A stretch of DNA of 64,000 nt from the NCBI GenBank assembly GCA_037379345.1, contig CM074518.1:2108001-2172000 (forward strand), given 5' to 3'. The position numbers and the translations under genes were made by a program. The DNA comes from Perna viridis. Lineage: Eukaryota. The number at the start of each line of letters is the position of its first letter. Position 1 is the first letter of the stretch. Positions 1-12,989 of this stretch are shown here, piece after piece. The notes beneath the pieces are model-generated. The model was not told the DNA's origin, searched no databases, and saw nothing but the letters and a program-made list of their open reading frames with translations.

Positions 1-454
1 AACATAACACATTTTTTCACAGGTAAAATGTTTTGAAATACTTTAACATTGCAACAATTTTTAACATGAAATGAAAATTTATTTTCGCGAAATTTTAAGC
101 TATAGATTCCACTTCCAAATGTCAAACTTTAAGTTTAATTCAGTTATTTAAAAACATATATGCAACTTAATAAAGAAACGTAAGTGGTGCGTTTCTTATT
201 TTGCCGAGTAAAATGATAATTCCACTTTAGTTAGAGATGAGGTAATATTTAAAATTTTGCAGAATGCATGGCATTTTTTCTGGTCTTCAAAACATTTTAA
301 TATCTTGTTAAATTTTATATTAAATATTATATTACACATTTAGCGCAATTTCAGTTTTTTTCAGTGAGTGTCTTTATGTTGCTATGCAATAAGCATGAAG
401 ATTTGTTTTCAATGTCAAAAACTGGTTTTAGATATTTCAATGCCCGATCTTCAG

Positions 455-1110
455 TTGTTTCGATACTTCTACATTACTGAATTCGATGCCACTGCTTGTG
501 GACCAAAGCTCCCCCAGGCTATTCCACTAGTCAGACTTGTTTGCCATTAGCAGTATTACATTCATAATTCACCAATGCTTCATTCCTTGTACTGTACACG
601 GTAATTTTTCTTGGTGCTGGATTTGGCTTTCTATTTCGATACTTCTATTTGATTTTGAGAATTTCTTGTATACATTTTCATGTTGCTGGTGGTTTTTTGG
701 AACAGTGTACAGCATATCGAAATTTACATTATATATATGACTGGCATTTTTTGTACTTTATAACCACTTGGTCCCTGCCACTGCCGGTGGACCTTAGGTC
801 CCCGATAGTTTTCACAAACCCAGTAGTCAGACTTGTCTGACCACGAACCAGTTAATATGTTATTAATCGAAATTTGCAGTAATGCAAATTTAAAAATTCA
901 TAAAACACCAATGCTTCATTCCTAGTACTTCACATAGTAGGACTTCTCGGTGCTGGATTTGGCTTTCTTTTTCGCGATTTTTGGGTTTGAGAACTTTTTG
1001 GGTACATTTTTTATTTGGATCCTTTGTATTTGATTTTAATGTTGCTGATGAGAAGTTAATCCTTGAAACACCTGTACAGAATATTCAAATTAGCAAGATT
1101 ATATGATTAG
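455..1110 (+). mobile_element. Tandem hammerhead-ribozyme-containing repeat (non-LTR retrozyme / PLE pseudo-LTR-like), 2 units
   Basis: Repeated block order GATGCCACTGC..TAGTCAGACTTGT..ACCAATGCTTCATTCC..GGTGCTGGATTTGGCTTT..HHR; the predicted GTA cleavage triplets end at 709 and 1076, 367 nt apart. Confidence 0.7.
1039..1082 (+). ncRNA. Type I minimal hammerhead ribozyme motif
   Basis: ATGTTG-CTGATGA-GAAG ttaat CCTT-GAAA-C ACCT GTA-CAGAAT: intact CUGAUGA and GAAA boxes, GUA triplet, stem I with 5 of 6 pairs. Confidence 0.7.
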
Positions 1111-1251
1111 TTTACTAAGCAGTTACTAAAGCATTAATATTTTTTTTCTGAAATATATAATTCTAGTGTAATGAAAGAATGAGAAATTGCAGGTTAAAAA
1201 TATGCTTGAAAAATCAAATTTTCAAGTAGCACTCCAGATAAGAATCATACA

Positions 1252-1555
1252 AGAGTAATCAAGGGAACCAAGATTCTAGTGGAAACCAAAAGAATATTAT
1301 CCACAATAAAGCACATAAAATAACCAAAATAATACATACAAAGTAACAAAAGTAAATGAGAAATTCATGTTCACTAAAAAATGGGAGCATGTACCAGGTG
1401 TACCTGTAGGGTAAGCGTCCACTGCTATTCTACAAACACCTGCTGAGATGCTCATAAAAAGTCAAGTCCAAGGTCGACGACAGAGGAAAGGGAAACTATG
1501 ACACAAATCAGTTTTCATGGTACAGATGGATAAAAAATGCGATTCATGGTTGAAA
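1252..1555 (-). mobile_element. Penelope-like (Naiad-type) retroelement, degenerate 3' end
   Basis: Family terminus AGAGTAATCAAGGGAACCAAG and GTAGGGTAAGCGTCC, as in the other copies. Confidence 0.75.
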
Positions 1556-1954
1556 AGCCTACATATTTTTATATTTGATTTTATGTTTAAAATGTTATAA
1601 TTGAAAGAAATTTACATTTGGCTTTTGATATAACCATTGTTTCATAAGAGATAAAATGCATATAGAATGTACTGCAGAATTCAAAATCAAGGGAAATAAC
1701 TACTACTAAAGACTACTACTTAATTATTTACTGTTTCGGCATTCTTGTCGCCTATTAATAAAAATTAAGCATTCGTTCAATAATGTATTTTTCCAATTAG
1801 TTGAATACCTGTCCTCTATAGTATTGCTGGTATGATGTAGATTTTTAATAATTGAAAACTGCCAAATAGCAACTGAACTGATACTAAACAGTAAATTGCT
1901 TAACCAGTCCATGGGAGCATACATTTGATCAAACGTTCTAATGCTTTACCTCTA

Positions 1955-2710
1955 CATAGCAGCCTCAATAAACACAAAGGTACCAGTCATATTAATATTG
2001 GAAATTTCGGTGTGCATGTGTTTCAAAGAATAACCTCTCAGCAGCAACAATCAAATATTTTGAAAGTTCATGACCCTAAAACAAAGTACTAAAATCACAA
2101 AATAAGTAACCAAAGTTAGCACCGAGAAAACAACGTTTGAATTTTAGGTATTTTAAGGATCTCCAATTTCCAACTACTGAAAATTTAGTTTAATAGACTA
2201 TGATCAATTTTGCGCCAGACTAATCTTACTACAGAGCTGCCAAATAACCTTAGGGAACCTACTAGCAGTGTCATCGACTCAGGGGTTTCTAAAATCAAAT
2301 ATTAAGGAACATACACATACTGCATATTTTTGTATACTGTACGCGTATTAAATTTCTCATCAACAGTATTCGATCCAAAAATTTAGGAAGTTTAAGATGC
2401 TAAAATAAATTTCATTCAGGAGATAATCAACACCAAAAACCCAAAATGCAAAACAAAGTTTATTACGTATAATACATGGATTAAAGCTTCAGGCTTTGAG
2501 GGCTTCAAACATAGTGCTAAATTACGGAGAATAAATATATGACATTGTTCGAATTTGTTAGACAGATCTAACTATTGGGCTAATCAGGAGACATACGTTC
2601 TACTAGTAGTGGCATCGATCTAGTGGTTTTTATATACAAAGTTACCAATCGCAAATTGTGGAATGGCATACACGTGTTTCAGCGAGTAACCTATCAAAAG
2701 TAGCATTAAA
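1955..2710 (-). mobile_element. Tandem array of three degenerate HHR-containing units (same family, about 330-bp period)
   Basis: Degenerate HHR motifs at about 2008-2048, 2333-2369 and 2665-2707; family box GTCGATGCCACTGCTAGT near 2262-2281 and 2601-2621. Confidence 0.65.
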
Positions 2711-4129
2711 GCTTAAGATACTTCAAAGTCCTAAATTATGTTTTTAATGATTAGTCGTATTAAAACAACTGATTTTCTTAATACCATCAATAATTTTTTG
2801 TACTGTTTTGAATATTAATCTTTTATCCACTTTGTCTGGTGGTAATTTTATGCTGCATGTTTATATTACTATATACCGGGCGAGAGGTATAGCGTGCTAT
2901 AAAGCCTGGTTTACCATTTCCATCAGACCTTTGTTTCTAACTTTCTGCTATTTGTTTTCAATTTGTTGTACAGAATTTATTTACTTTCGCCTATAGTTTA
3001 TCAGTTGGCAATTTTTTTATTATGGCCGTCAATGTTATAAACTTTCTAATGTTTTGCTGCTATAATATGAGGCAGGTTTAACCAGTAGGAGGGCGACCTT
3101 TATACTAGAGTGGCCTTTTCTATTACGAACAAAGTTCTAGTAGTCTTTGGACGACTTGTCGGTGGTCCGAAATGTTTCATATATTAAGATACGAAACTAG
3201 CTTACTCTACATTCAGGTATGAGAACACAATTAGTTCGTTTTCGTTGTATATTTATCGAATATAATTCCAACTTTGGTAGTAGGTACCTTCTACATTTTT
3301 TCATATTTTTACTAGAAACTGATTTGCTGATGTTTTGCCTCTAATTGGTAGAAAATAGGTCAAAATTACATGGGATTTTTTTTATTAATCAATTCTGACT
3401 AAAAGTTGTGATTTGGTTCAGTGGAAGAAGGTTAAAATTCAGGACTTAACTCAATTCATTTGTCATGTCTACCCCATCTCCGGGTCATATGTATTAATTA
3501 AGAAAAATGACGGTAAAATTTTACATATCTATAGATAAAATCCTGTTTGTACATATCTTTAGGCCAGAGAAGTTTTATTCAGTTTGCGCCGAAATTTATA
3601 CAAATGTGTATATTGAAATGCGCTTGAAAATTAATTGTGGTCTCGTGCCTTCAGTGTGTTTTTATCATTCGGAACTGTTTCGTCATTAAGCATGCACTAA
3701 ATCAATAAATCCCGGAAAGTTCCACAGGATGAATGTACCTGTCAGATTGAATTCTGGCTCTCAGTGTTGCTAAATGCTATATCTTGCTTTTTTGTTTATT
3801 ACCGTTATGAGTACTTCGTCCCCTATAAAATCATATTTCTTAGAAAAATTTCTAACGGTTTACTATATTTGAATAATATTAATATTATAAATGTACTAAT
3901 GCATTACCTATATGTAGTAATCTGATTATCGTAGAATGATTTACTTCTATAGATCAGCTGATCAAATTTATTTATGCATTGCCTCTATACAATAGATTAT
4001 CTTTTATAAAACTTTATAAAATTTCAACTTCCTTCATATGCATATCCTCGATATAATGTTTATCTCTCATAAAACTTTCTAACAGTCCATTTCATTAGAG
4101 TAAATTCACCGTTAAAACGAACTCTTACT

Positions 4130-4290
4130 TTGCTCCTTGAAACATGTGTACATCATATCGAAATTTGCAATTTATATGATTGGTTGATTTGTATTACTTA
4201 TAACAACTGAGTCGATGCCACTCCTGGAGAACCTAAAATTATCGAGGGTATCCACCAACAATATAGTCAGACTTGTCTAACCTCGAATTT
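4130..4290 (+). mobile_element. Fragment of the HHR-containing repeat
   Basis: CTCCTTGAAACATGTGTACATCATATCGAAATTT followed by GTCGATGCCACT..TAGTCAGACTTGTCT. Confidence 0.6.
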
Positions 4291-6360
4291 AGATAGATAT
4301 AAAATTTAATTAATAAATGTATGTATTGCACATGGTAGAACATTTTTGGTATTTCTATACATTTAATTTTTTTGGAGTAGCTAACCACTAATAAAATATT
4401 AATGATTCACTTTTATAGAAGAACTTTACTGTTAACAAAACTTTGAAATGGTTTACCTTTTTTGTGAAAACATTGCTCCCATGAAAATGTTCTGTAATCA
4501 GTATATCTCATAGTTAATTACTGATTTATTCGAGCTAAGCGAAACTGAAAGCGAAATTCACAAACAAAAAATTGATCAGTTACAAATTTCGATTAGTTTC
4601 AAACTTGCCTTTGGTTATTTGTATGCTGTGTGGAATTTGGTGTTGTAATACCTCAGTAGTATGTATATCATTCCTTAAAGTGGGTTATTTTTTTCAAGGA
4701 AGGTTAATGCATCTAATCAGTTCCTGAAAGGATATACATTGCCAGGTTGACGTTTATGAGAAAGATTCAGACATTTTTTCAAGGAAAGCCAATGAAATAG
4801 CAATCTTAGATATATTTTGATGTTTATTTGAAAACTGGTGGCCCTAGCAAAAATTCATATCAATTATGAACCTCTATATTATACACACGTCTAGCATTTA
4901 ACAGTACTAAGTTCCCCTTATAATCATTACACTTTTATATGACACATGCCTGCTAGCGTAAGCGTACATTTATAACATGATTTTATCAAGTTGTAAGCAT
5001 TGAGAAGTGGGTAGGTACATGACCCATTGACAACTAAAATTATTCAACGTGTTTTATCGAGTCATTGCTTTATTCTAAAGACTCTTCAAATTACTAAAAC
5101 AAATCTAATCTGTAATTAATAGTTACATGTTACTATAATAAGAATTACGCAAAGTCGATGTATTGTAAGCGAAAAAGATGATTTTTGTTCTATGTATCTC
5201 GACTAATCAGCTTCATTTCCGAGGCTTCCTCTAATGTAAGAAAGATATTTAAATGATTATTATCTTTTTTCCTATTTGGAATAAAAATAAACTTGTATGT
5301 GATATGTTCACGCAAGTCTGTTGCATTACATCTTTTTTGATGAATGTATGCACTGTAAGTTCAATATATCAATTTATGTCCAAACCAAAATGGTCTTACT
5401 CAACAATATCCAAACAAGGACTTAATCCATACAAGGACTATGAAAATAATAAAACATACCTTTTAGTTGCCTGTGTATATAAGATGATATAATGTACCGA
5501 GATAAAAATAGCCTATTCTGTGATGTATACATGTAAATATGATTACATGAAAATATAAATTGTGTGATAAAGGGCGTGTTTGCCTTTAGTGAGATTATCA
5601 ATACTTCCTATTTCTATTTTAAGCCTATGAAAAGTTATAAAATATAATTAAAATTTCTTTTTATCTACAAGTTTAACTAAATGTAACCTTTATTGATTTC
5701 AAATTGATTTACTTCTATAAATCTGATGTGATTTAATCCTGAAGCAAGCTGTGCTGGTTAATCCCTAGACGGAGTAATTGCTTTCCGGTAGTTGTGATTA
5801 CGTGTTTCAACTTCCTATTAACTATTACACACAGGACGTAACAAAACATTGATTACATCCAGTAAATGACATCGTATTTTTATGTATTATACATACATAA
5901 TACCTTTCATTGTGACAAGGTTCTTGACAAGTTCACCGACTTTATTACACCTGATTACACCCGGAAAGTGGACTTGAATTGGGCAGATGATAACCAATCA
6001 AAACGACTTCCTCGTATATTTATAGTCTGTTTCATTGTTTTAATGCAAAACAATGTAAATGATGGCATCACATTTAGTCACGTGCCAAACACCTTATCTA
6101 ATCTAGTGTACAAATATGACAGAAATATACATTGCATATTGTGATTCTTATTTTTTTTTGTAGGCCAACTATATTCAATTGGAAACTAGCAAAAATCGTG
6201 TTTATCTTATATTTATCTTTTATAAAAAAATATGAAAAAAATGTAAAACGAAATTATAAAAACAATTAACACTTTATCTATACTTAGCACTAATAATAAC
6301 TCTAAAATGAATCACTACAATAATGCCGCTATAAGCTGGTACATTTTTAGAGATAATGTA

Positions 6361-7062
6361 AGAGTAATCAAGGGAACCAAGGTCATAGCGGTAATCGGAA
6401 GAATGCAATCCAGGGTAAAAGACCAGACATGGAAAAGAGATATACACAACAAAGAACATAAAGTAACTAAAGTCATACATACAAAGTAACAAAAGCAAAT
6501 GAGCAACTCGGACTCCACTAAAAACTGGAAGCATGGATCAGGTGCAACGGTAGGGTAAGCGTCCTCTGCTTTTCTAGAAACACCCGTCGAATTGCTCATA
6601 AAAAGTCAAGTCCTGGGTAGACGAAAGAGGAAAGGAAAACTATGACATATGGATACACCGTAACGATCCACGAGTTCATGATGACGACCATAAAATCTTG
6701 TAGCAGCATAACCAGAAGCCTATTTGTTAGAATTCTAGCGCAATATGAAAAGTCTGCATAGTTTCGGAAAGTTCTGGCATAACGTACGATTTGTGATATG
6801 AACACTCCATACGCAGGTGCTGAAGGGATGTTGCCACAGATGAAAGGAAAGTTGGCAATTCTGAATGAAAAGTCATCACGTTTGTCGTAAAGTTTGGCAA
6901 GTAGTTTTCTTTTACCATCGATTTCTAAGTGTAGGTCAAGATTGAAGCTGACTTCACAGTGTCTGTAGTATCCTTTATCTCAAGTTCTTTGGGTAGATGC
7001 GATGTATCAAATCTCCAAAATTAGGATTGTTTAAAGATAATACGTCATCTATATAGCGGAAA
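6361..7062 (-). mobile_element. Penelope-like (Naiad-type) retroelement, 5'-truncated (RT C-terminus + 3' UTR)
   Basis: FRYIDDVLSLNNP..YDKRDDFSFRI..FISQIVRYAR followed by the conserved 3' UTR. Confidence 0.88.
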
Positions 7063-7730
7063 ATGGAAAACACCATGGGTCAAACAAAGCTATGAACACC
7101 AAAAAGAAACACCAAGAGTAAACCACGCTAGAATCACCATGTGGAAAAAACAGGGTAAACCGAGCTATGAACACTAAAAAGAAAACGCCATGAGCAAACC
7201 AAGCTAACACACCAAAGAAATGACACCTCGGGGCAAACCAAGCTATAAAAACCAAAAAGAAACACCAAAGGCAAACCACGCTAGTTACACAAAGATGATA
7301 AAACCTTGGGCAAACCACGCTAGGAACACCAAGATGATAAAACCTTCGGCAAATCCGTCTATGAACACCAAAGGGAAAACACCTTGAGCAAACCAAATTA
7401 GGAACACCAAAACGAGAACACCTCCGATACATCAAACAATGTAAATAAAAAGCGAATCACTATGGGCGACCGAAGCTAGGAACACAAATTGATAACGCTT
7501 GGGCAAACCGAGCTATGAGAACCAAAAGAAAATTATCATGTGCAATCCAACCTAGGAACACGTTGAGCAAACCAAGGTAGGAACATCAAGATGAGAACAC
7601 TTCGGATACACCAAGCAATGAATATAATAAAGAAAACACCATGGACAACCCAAGGTAGGAACGCCAACCGAGCTAAGCATAGGAAGAGGATAACATCCTT
7701 GGCAAAGTAAGCTAGGAACACCAAAATGAT
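7062..7730. repeat. Degenerate minisatellite, about 38-39 bp (AAACCAAGCTAGGAACACCAA..CACCTTGGGC)
   Basis: Recurring AAACCAAGCTA/GAACACCAA; directly abuts the 5' truncation of a Naiad copy. Confidence 0.85.
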
Positions 7731-8999
7731 AAGAGGCGCAGAAAAAAATTGTGCATCACAAAAAAAGTCTGGAAATTTGAACGAAAGTTCTATTTATGGG
7801 CAAACGATAACGCCATTTGAAAGAAATTCCTATCCAAAGACTTAAGGCAAGACAAACCTATCAAAGGAATTGGCTTACAGTGGATAGAAATGAAAAGTAG
7901 AAACAGGACACTCTCTATCAACTGACCAAAGTAAGAAAACTTCAAGAAAATTCATATCCAAATACATTCGGAATGGCAACTTGAAGATAATCATTTTCTA
8001 ATTACTTAAGTTTCGACTATTTGAGGAAAATCTCAAGGACTAAATGTAAGGAAGCCATTGGAAGTGAATCCTAATATAAGAGGTAAAGGCAGGGCAAATT
8101 AAAGGTAAACCCTTTCTTGTGACACAAAGTAATGCTATTTGAGAAAAATCTCTAAATGTAAGGCGGCCATTTTAAGAAAATTCCTATACCAAGGACCAAA
8201 GTTAAGGCAACATGAAGGAAATAACTGTCCAAGACTAAAAAGTGATAAAATTTGCTTATATTGTAGTCAACATACAGATACCTTTGCAATGATAAAGCAA
8301 ATGACGCATATTCACAAAGTTATATAATGTCAAATTATTCGATGATTAAATCTACTTTTAAGATAAGGATATGAAATTATATTCATGTCGATTTCTCATG
8401 TATTTATGTTGACGTTTTACATATTTTGTAGACTTTTGGATGGGATACATTGGCATAAGAAGGTGTATTGACCAGGCAATACTAATTGACAAGTAAATAT
8501 AACTAAGGCGATATAGCTATATTGTATATCAACATGGTACTTTGCAAGTCAAATTAATTTTATTGAAAGTTTGTTAATACATGTGTTTCTTTCTTTCTTT
8601 CTTTTTTAAGATGTTGCTTTTTCAATCGCTGTATTTGCATTCGTTTGTATTTGTTTTAATTTTCAAAATGTTTAATAACCTTTGACCTTTGTAGATTCCT
8701 TCCATAATTTGTGTCTTCCTCGATTTTCCTTCATATCTTATTTATCTTTACCATAAATACTCTTTAAATAGTTCTTGGCAATTATCATGTTTCATATGAA
8801 AGCAATTTCACAAAATTCAAATGAATAAATAAATAAAATTCACAATGACTGTACAAACTTTCATAAATGTACAATCTATCATGTCAATCTTACCTTCATA
8901 AAGAATAAATATGATAAAGTTATTGTCGGTGTTGATTCTCCTTTATATAGAAACGAATATTGCACGACATACCATCATTGAATTTTAAACTGAATACAA

Positions 9000-9240
9000 A
9001 AATATCAACCATATCAATATTGTAAGTTTGGTAGCCTGTACAGGTGTTTCAAGGAGTAACCTCTCATCAGTAGCCTTAGAACAAAGTACCAAAGAAGTTC
9101 AAGAATCAAAACAACATTTGCATACAAAAAGTACCTAAAACAAAAACATATCGAAATAGGAAGTCACTTCCAGCACCGATAATTTTAACCAGAGTCGAAG
9201 GAGGCACATTATTGTAACCACATGCTTCATACAAGAAATT
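9000..9240 (-). mobile_element. HHR-containing repeat copy
   Basis: HHR at 9034-9075 plus the family segment GGTGCTGGA..CTATTTCGAT near 9150-9180. Confidence 0.6.
9034..9075 (-). ncRNA. Type I hammerhead ribozyme motif (stem I degenerate)
   Basis: Minus strand CTGATGA-GAGG ttact CCTT-GAAA-CACCTGTA-CAGG. Confidence 0.65.
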
Positions 9241-9809
9241 AAGCCTCTTCGATTTATGGTAGTTAATGATATGATAAATTATTTTAAATACGGGATTCCA
9301 AATGTTGTAAGAAATGCTACTATCTTAAGAGAAATGCTGCTAAACAGTAGTTTCTGTCTGTTGAATGCTTATCTAAGGTACCCCTAACCATTAGCGATGG
9401 ACAATTAATATAATTTAGATTTTTTTAATTAAATGTCAAATCTTAATTAATAAATTTAAAGGGAATAAAAAAATTGAGATCGTTGTTTTTCTCCTTAGAT
9501 GTCTGTTTATAATATTATGACAATTGCACGAAATTCAATATTACACAACTTTATATACTGTCAATCTAAAACTATCTTACATGTATATAAAAGTATTAAA
9601 GCTAATATGGAGTTAAGAAATCATTGGAAAATAAATGAAATAAAGTCAGAACAATATTAGAAAAAAGATTAATGCTAAAAACACAGTAACAATGAAAAGC
9701 CTCAAAACCGGTAATGTGCAAACGATAACCTTGAAACACTCTTATACTTGGGGAACAATAGTCTATCTAATATCACTTGCTAGCTAAAGAAGCTAAAGAA
9801 CAGTTACAT

Positions 9810-10750
9810 ACCACCCAGTAAGATAGGGAGCAGTAAGATATCGCACGGTAAGCTAGGGAGCAGTAAGATATCGCACGGTAAGCTATGGAGCAGTAATAAA
9901 TCACCCGGTAAGCTATGGAGCAGTAAGATAACGCACGGTAAGCTAGGGAACAGTATGATATCGCACAGTAAGCTATGGAGCAGTGAGATATCTCCCGTAA
10001 GCTATGGAGCAGTAATAAATCGCTCAGTAATCCAGGGAGCAGTAAGATAACGCACGGTAAGCTAGGGAGCAGTAAGATAACGTACGGTAAGCTAGGGAGC
10101 AGTAAGATATCGCACGGTAAGCTATGGAGCAGTAAGAAATTACATAGTAAGCTAATGAGCAGTAATATATTGCTTGGTAGGTTAAGGAACTGTAATAAAT
10201 TGCGCGGTGAGCTAAAGAGCAGTAAGATATCGCATTGTAAGGTAAGGAATAGTAAGATATCTCTCGATACGCTATGGAGCAGTAAGATACAGCTGGGTAC
10301 CCGGGAAAAATGTAAGATAACGTTTGGAAATCTAGTGAACATAAGATATCTCTCAGTAACCTGAGGAACAGTTAGTCATCACATAGCAAGTGTTGGTAAG
10401 CCGAAGAACAGCAAAGAGCAAAGTTCGCCAGGAAATACTAAGAACTCTCACGGTAAGCTAGGGAATAGTAAGATAAATTGCTTGGTCACCTAGGGATCTG
10501 TTACCCTACACTCGGTCACCTAGGGATCAGTTACCTTTCACTCGGTCACCTAGGGATCAGTTACCTTTCATTCGGTATCCTGGGACACAGTAAGCGATCA
10601 CCCGGTAACCTTGGGAAGAGTACGATATTGCTCGGTAACCTTGGTAACAGTAAGCTTTTCCTCGGTCATAGTTAGCTTTCACTGAGTAACATAGGAAACA
10701 TTAAGATATCAATCAGTAACATTGGAAACAATAAGATTTCACTCGGCACC
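9810..10750. repeat. 30-bp minisatellite (AGCAGTAAGATATCGCACGGTAAGCTAGGG)
   Basis: Clear 30-bp period that decays toward the right. Confidence 0.9.
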
Positions 10751-12337
10751 CGGGTTCTTTATCTTAATATTTTCTTGCATAAAGAAACTTTTATTTGTAT
10801 GATTTTTATATAAATAACCTCTCTATTTGCCAATGCAAATATTCCATCACATGAAGTTTAAAAGGGAAAGAGTGGTAAGCTACCAATAGCAAAAACACAT
10901 TTCACGAGAGCCTACCCTAATATGTGTTAATTTAGAATGCGTCAAAAGCTGAACAGGTTAGAGTACTTATATCCGCCATTGTGGAAAGGCTTTTAATAAT
11001 CGTAATTGTGACTGAGTTATATCAAACCCATATTGAGTTTTGTCTACTTATACAAAAATCTTGTTAAATTCATTTTTGTCTATGTAAAGCAGCATAGATA
11101 CCAGTATTAAGTGACCGAGCAAACGAATTATGTAAAATCTTTAAAGGATATTATAGATATACATTCTGCTCAGCAAACCTGCTATTTACAAAATTTTGCG
11201 TCATTTGTTTCTAAAGAATAAGGTTTGATTTCAAACAAAATTATTTCTACTGTTTTGACAAGAACTATTCCGTCCTTTTCGTATCACAACGTCAAATAAT
11301 GCAATTTATAAAAATAAAGAAAACTTACGTTTCATACTTTAGAGAGTTGATAAAGCATAATACTACATCGCCATCTAATTACCTTTATCTCGCCTAGCAG
11401 GACCAGTCGATAACATTTAAGTAGCACTTCCCATCACTTCCGTACACGAGTTGTTTATAACATCCGTTATATAGGCTTCCCTGTTTGGTAGACATATTGA
11501 TTTTTGCTTATTGTTTAATAAATTATTGAACTTGATATGAAATATAAGAACAATAAAGAGGAGTTTATCTTGCGATATATTGGTGTCATATTAGTCATGA
11601 ACAGGAATAGGCAGTCAATTTTCTGCAGTTTATCAGAATGGAGGATGTTTATCATGTGATAATGAATAATACATTAGTCCTTGAACATGCAATTTAGAGA
11701 AATTTCTAAAGAATGTCAGAACGTTCATTTAGACACTTATAAATTTTACGTTGTATCTAAACATGTACATAGAAACGTTTATTGTATTGAACTTTTATAT
11801 TAACGGTACGACAGTTTTACGAAATTGTTGAAAATACAATTTTCCAAAAGGTACTCAGCATGTTTCTAAAACAGAATTCTCTGGAATAGTTTTAAATATC
11901 GGTTACTCTCAAATTGTAAAACAAAATATTGTCGGTGAAATATGACAATAAAAACGTTAATGATTGTAGTTAACTAATGTTATTTTTTTATATTAACCGA
12001 ATAAAGCTAGACTTGATCATACCGTAATAAAAAACAACTGATAAGTGAAACGCAACAAATGTCCGAGTGTATAACCTAAAACCAAAATGCTTTCAGATCA
12101 CCTGAAGGTCTTCAAGAAGTGTAAACATACTTTTAAGTAATCTCTAAAAGGCTATGCCATCAAACGAAATAATATCCATGGAAATAAACGAGGAATATTC
12201 TTCAAAATCAAAAATTATTTAACGACACAAAGACACATTAATGACCGACAACTCTTGACTATGGACAGGCGCTTGAAATATGTGCTTGGGTTAAACTAGA
12301 TTTTTGAGGCCTTATCCATTCCTCTTTAAATTAATAC

Positions 12338-12500
12338 CAATCAAGGGAACCAAGATTCGAGCGAAAACCAAAACAATTATTTCAAGGACAAAGACTAGAC
12401 AGGGAAAATAGACAAACATAACAAAGAAAATGAAATAACCTAAATAAAACATACAAAGACACAAAAGTAAATCAGGACTTCACTACTTACTGGGAATATG
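12338..12500 (-). mobile_element. Naiad-type PLE 3' terminal fragment, degenerate
   Basis: AATCAAGGGAACCAAG..GGACAAAGACTAGACA..CATACAAAG. Confidence 0.6.
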
Positions 12501-12989
12501 ATTCGTTGGTCCTTTGATCAATCATAATAAAATATGAAGTCTAAAGGCAAATCCAAACTCGTGGCAAGGCTGCAAATTCGAGATGCCAATTGGACAAATC
12601 ACTGTGAAGGGTTGGAACTATTTTGAATCTATATTAGCAGAGCGTTATGTGCATCATATCCACAAGACAGACAAGACTGTATATACTTCATATAATTTTC
12701 ATTATCGACACTTCCGTTGATACTACTTGGTCAATTAATATAGAGCATTAACAGTAGTACATGTTGCATTTTTTTAACATTTACGATAGGTCAATCTCTG
12801 ATGCTGTTGGGTAGACAGTGGAGGACCTGCAGCTTTATACAGCCATAGCATTATAAAAGAGAACTGCAAATGTGCATCCGTAAGGTGCTGCATTGGATGG
12901 GATAATTTGATGCATTCATATTTAAAGTACTATCATTAGAAAATCTCTTCCAGGATACAGTTGAAATGGATCAACAGGAGATTGTAAAA

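Noticed and set aside
6315-6599. Recurrent small ORF MSNS(T/A)GVSRKAEDAYPT.. as a gene
   Set aside because: It is a translation of the PLE 3' UTR structured motif and its frame is not preserved between copies.
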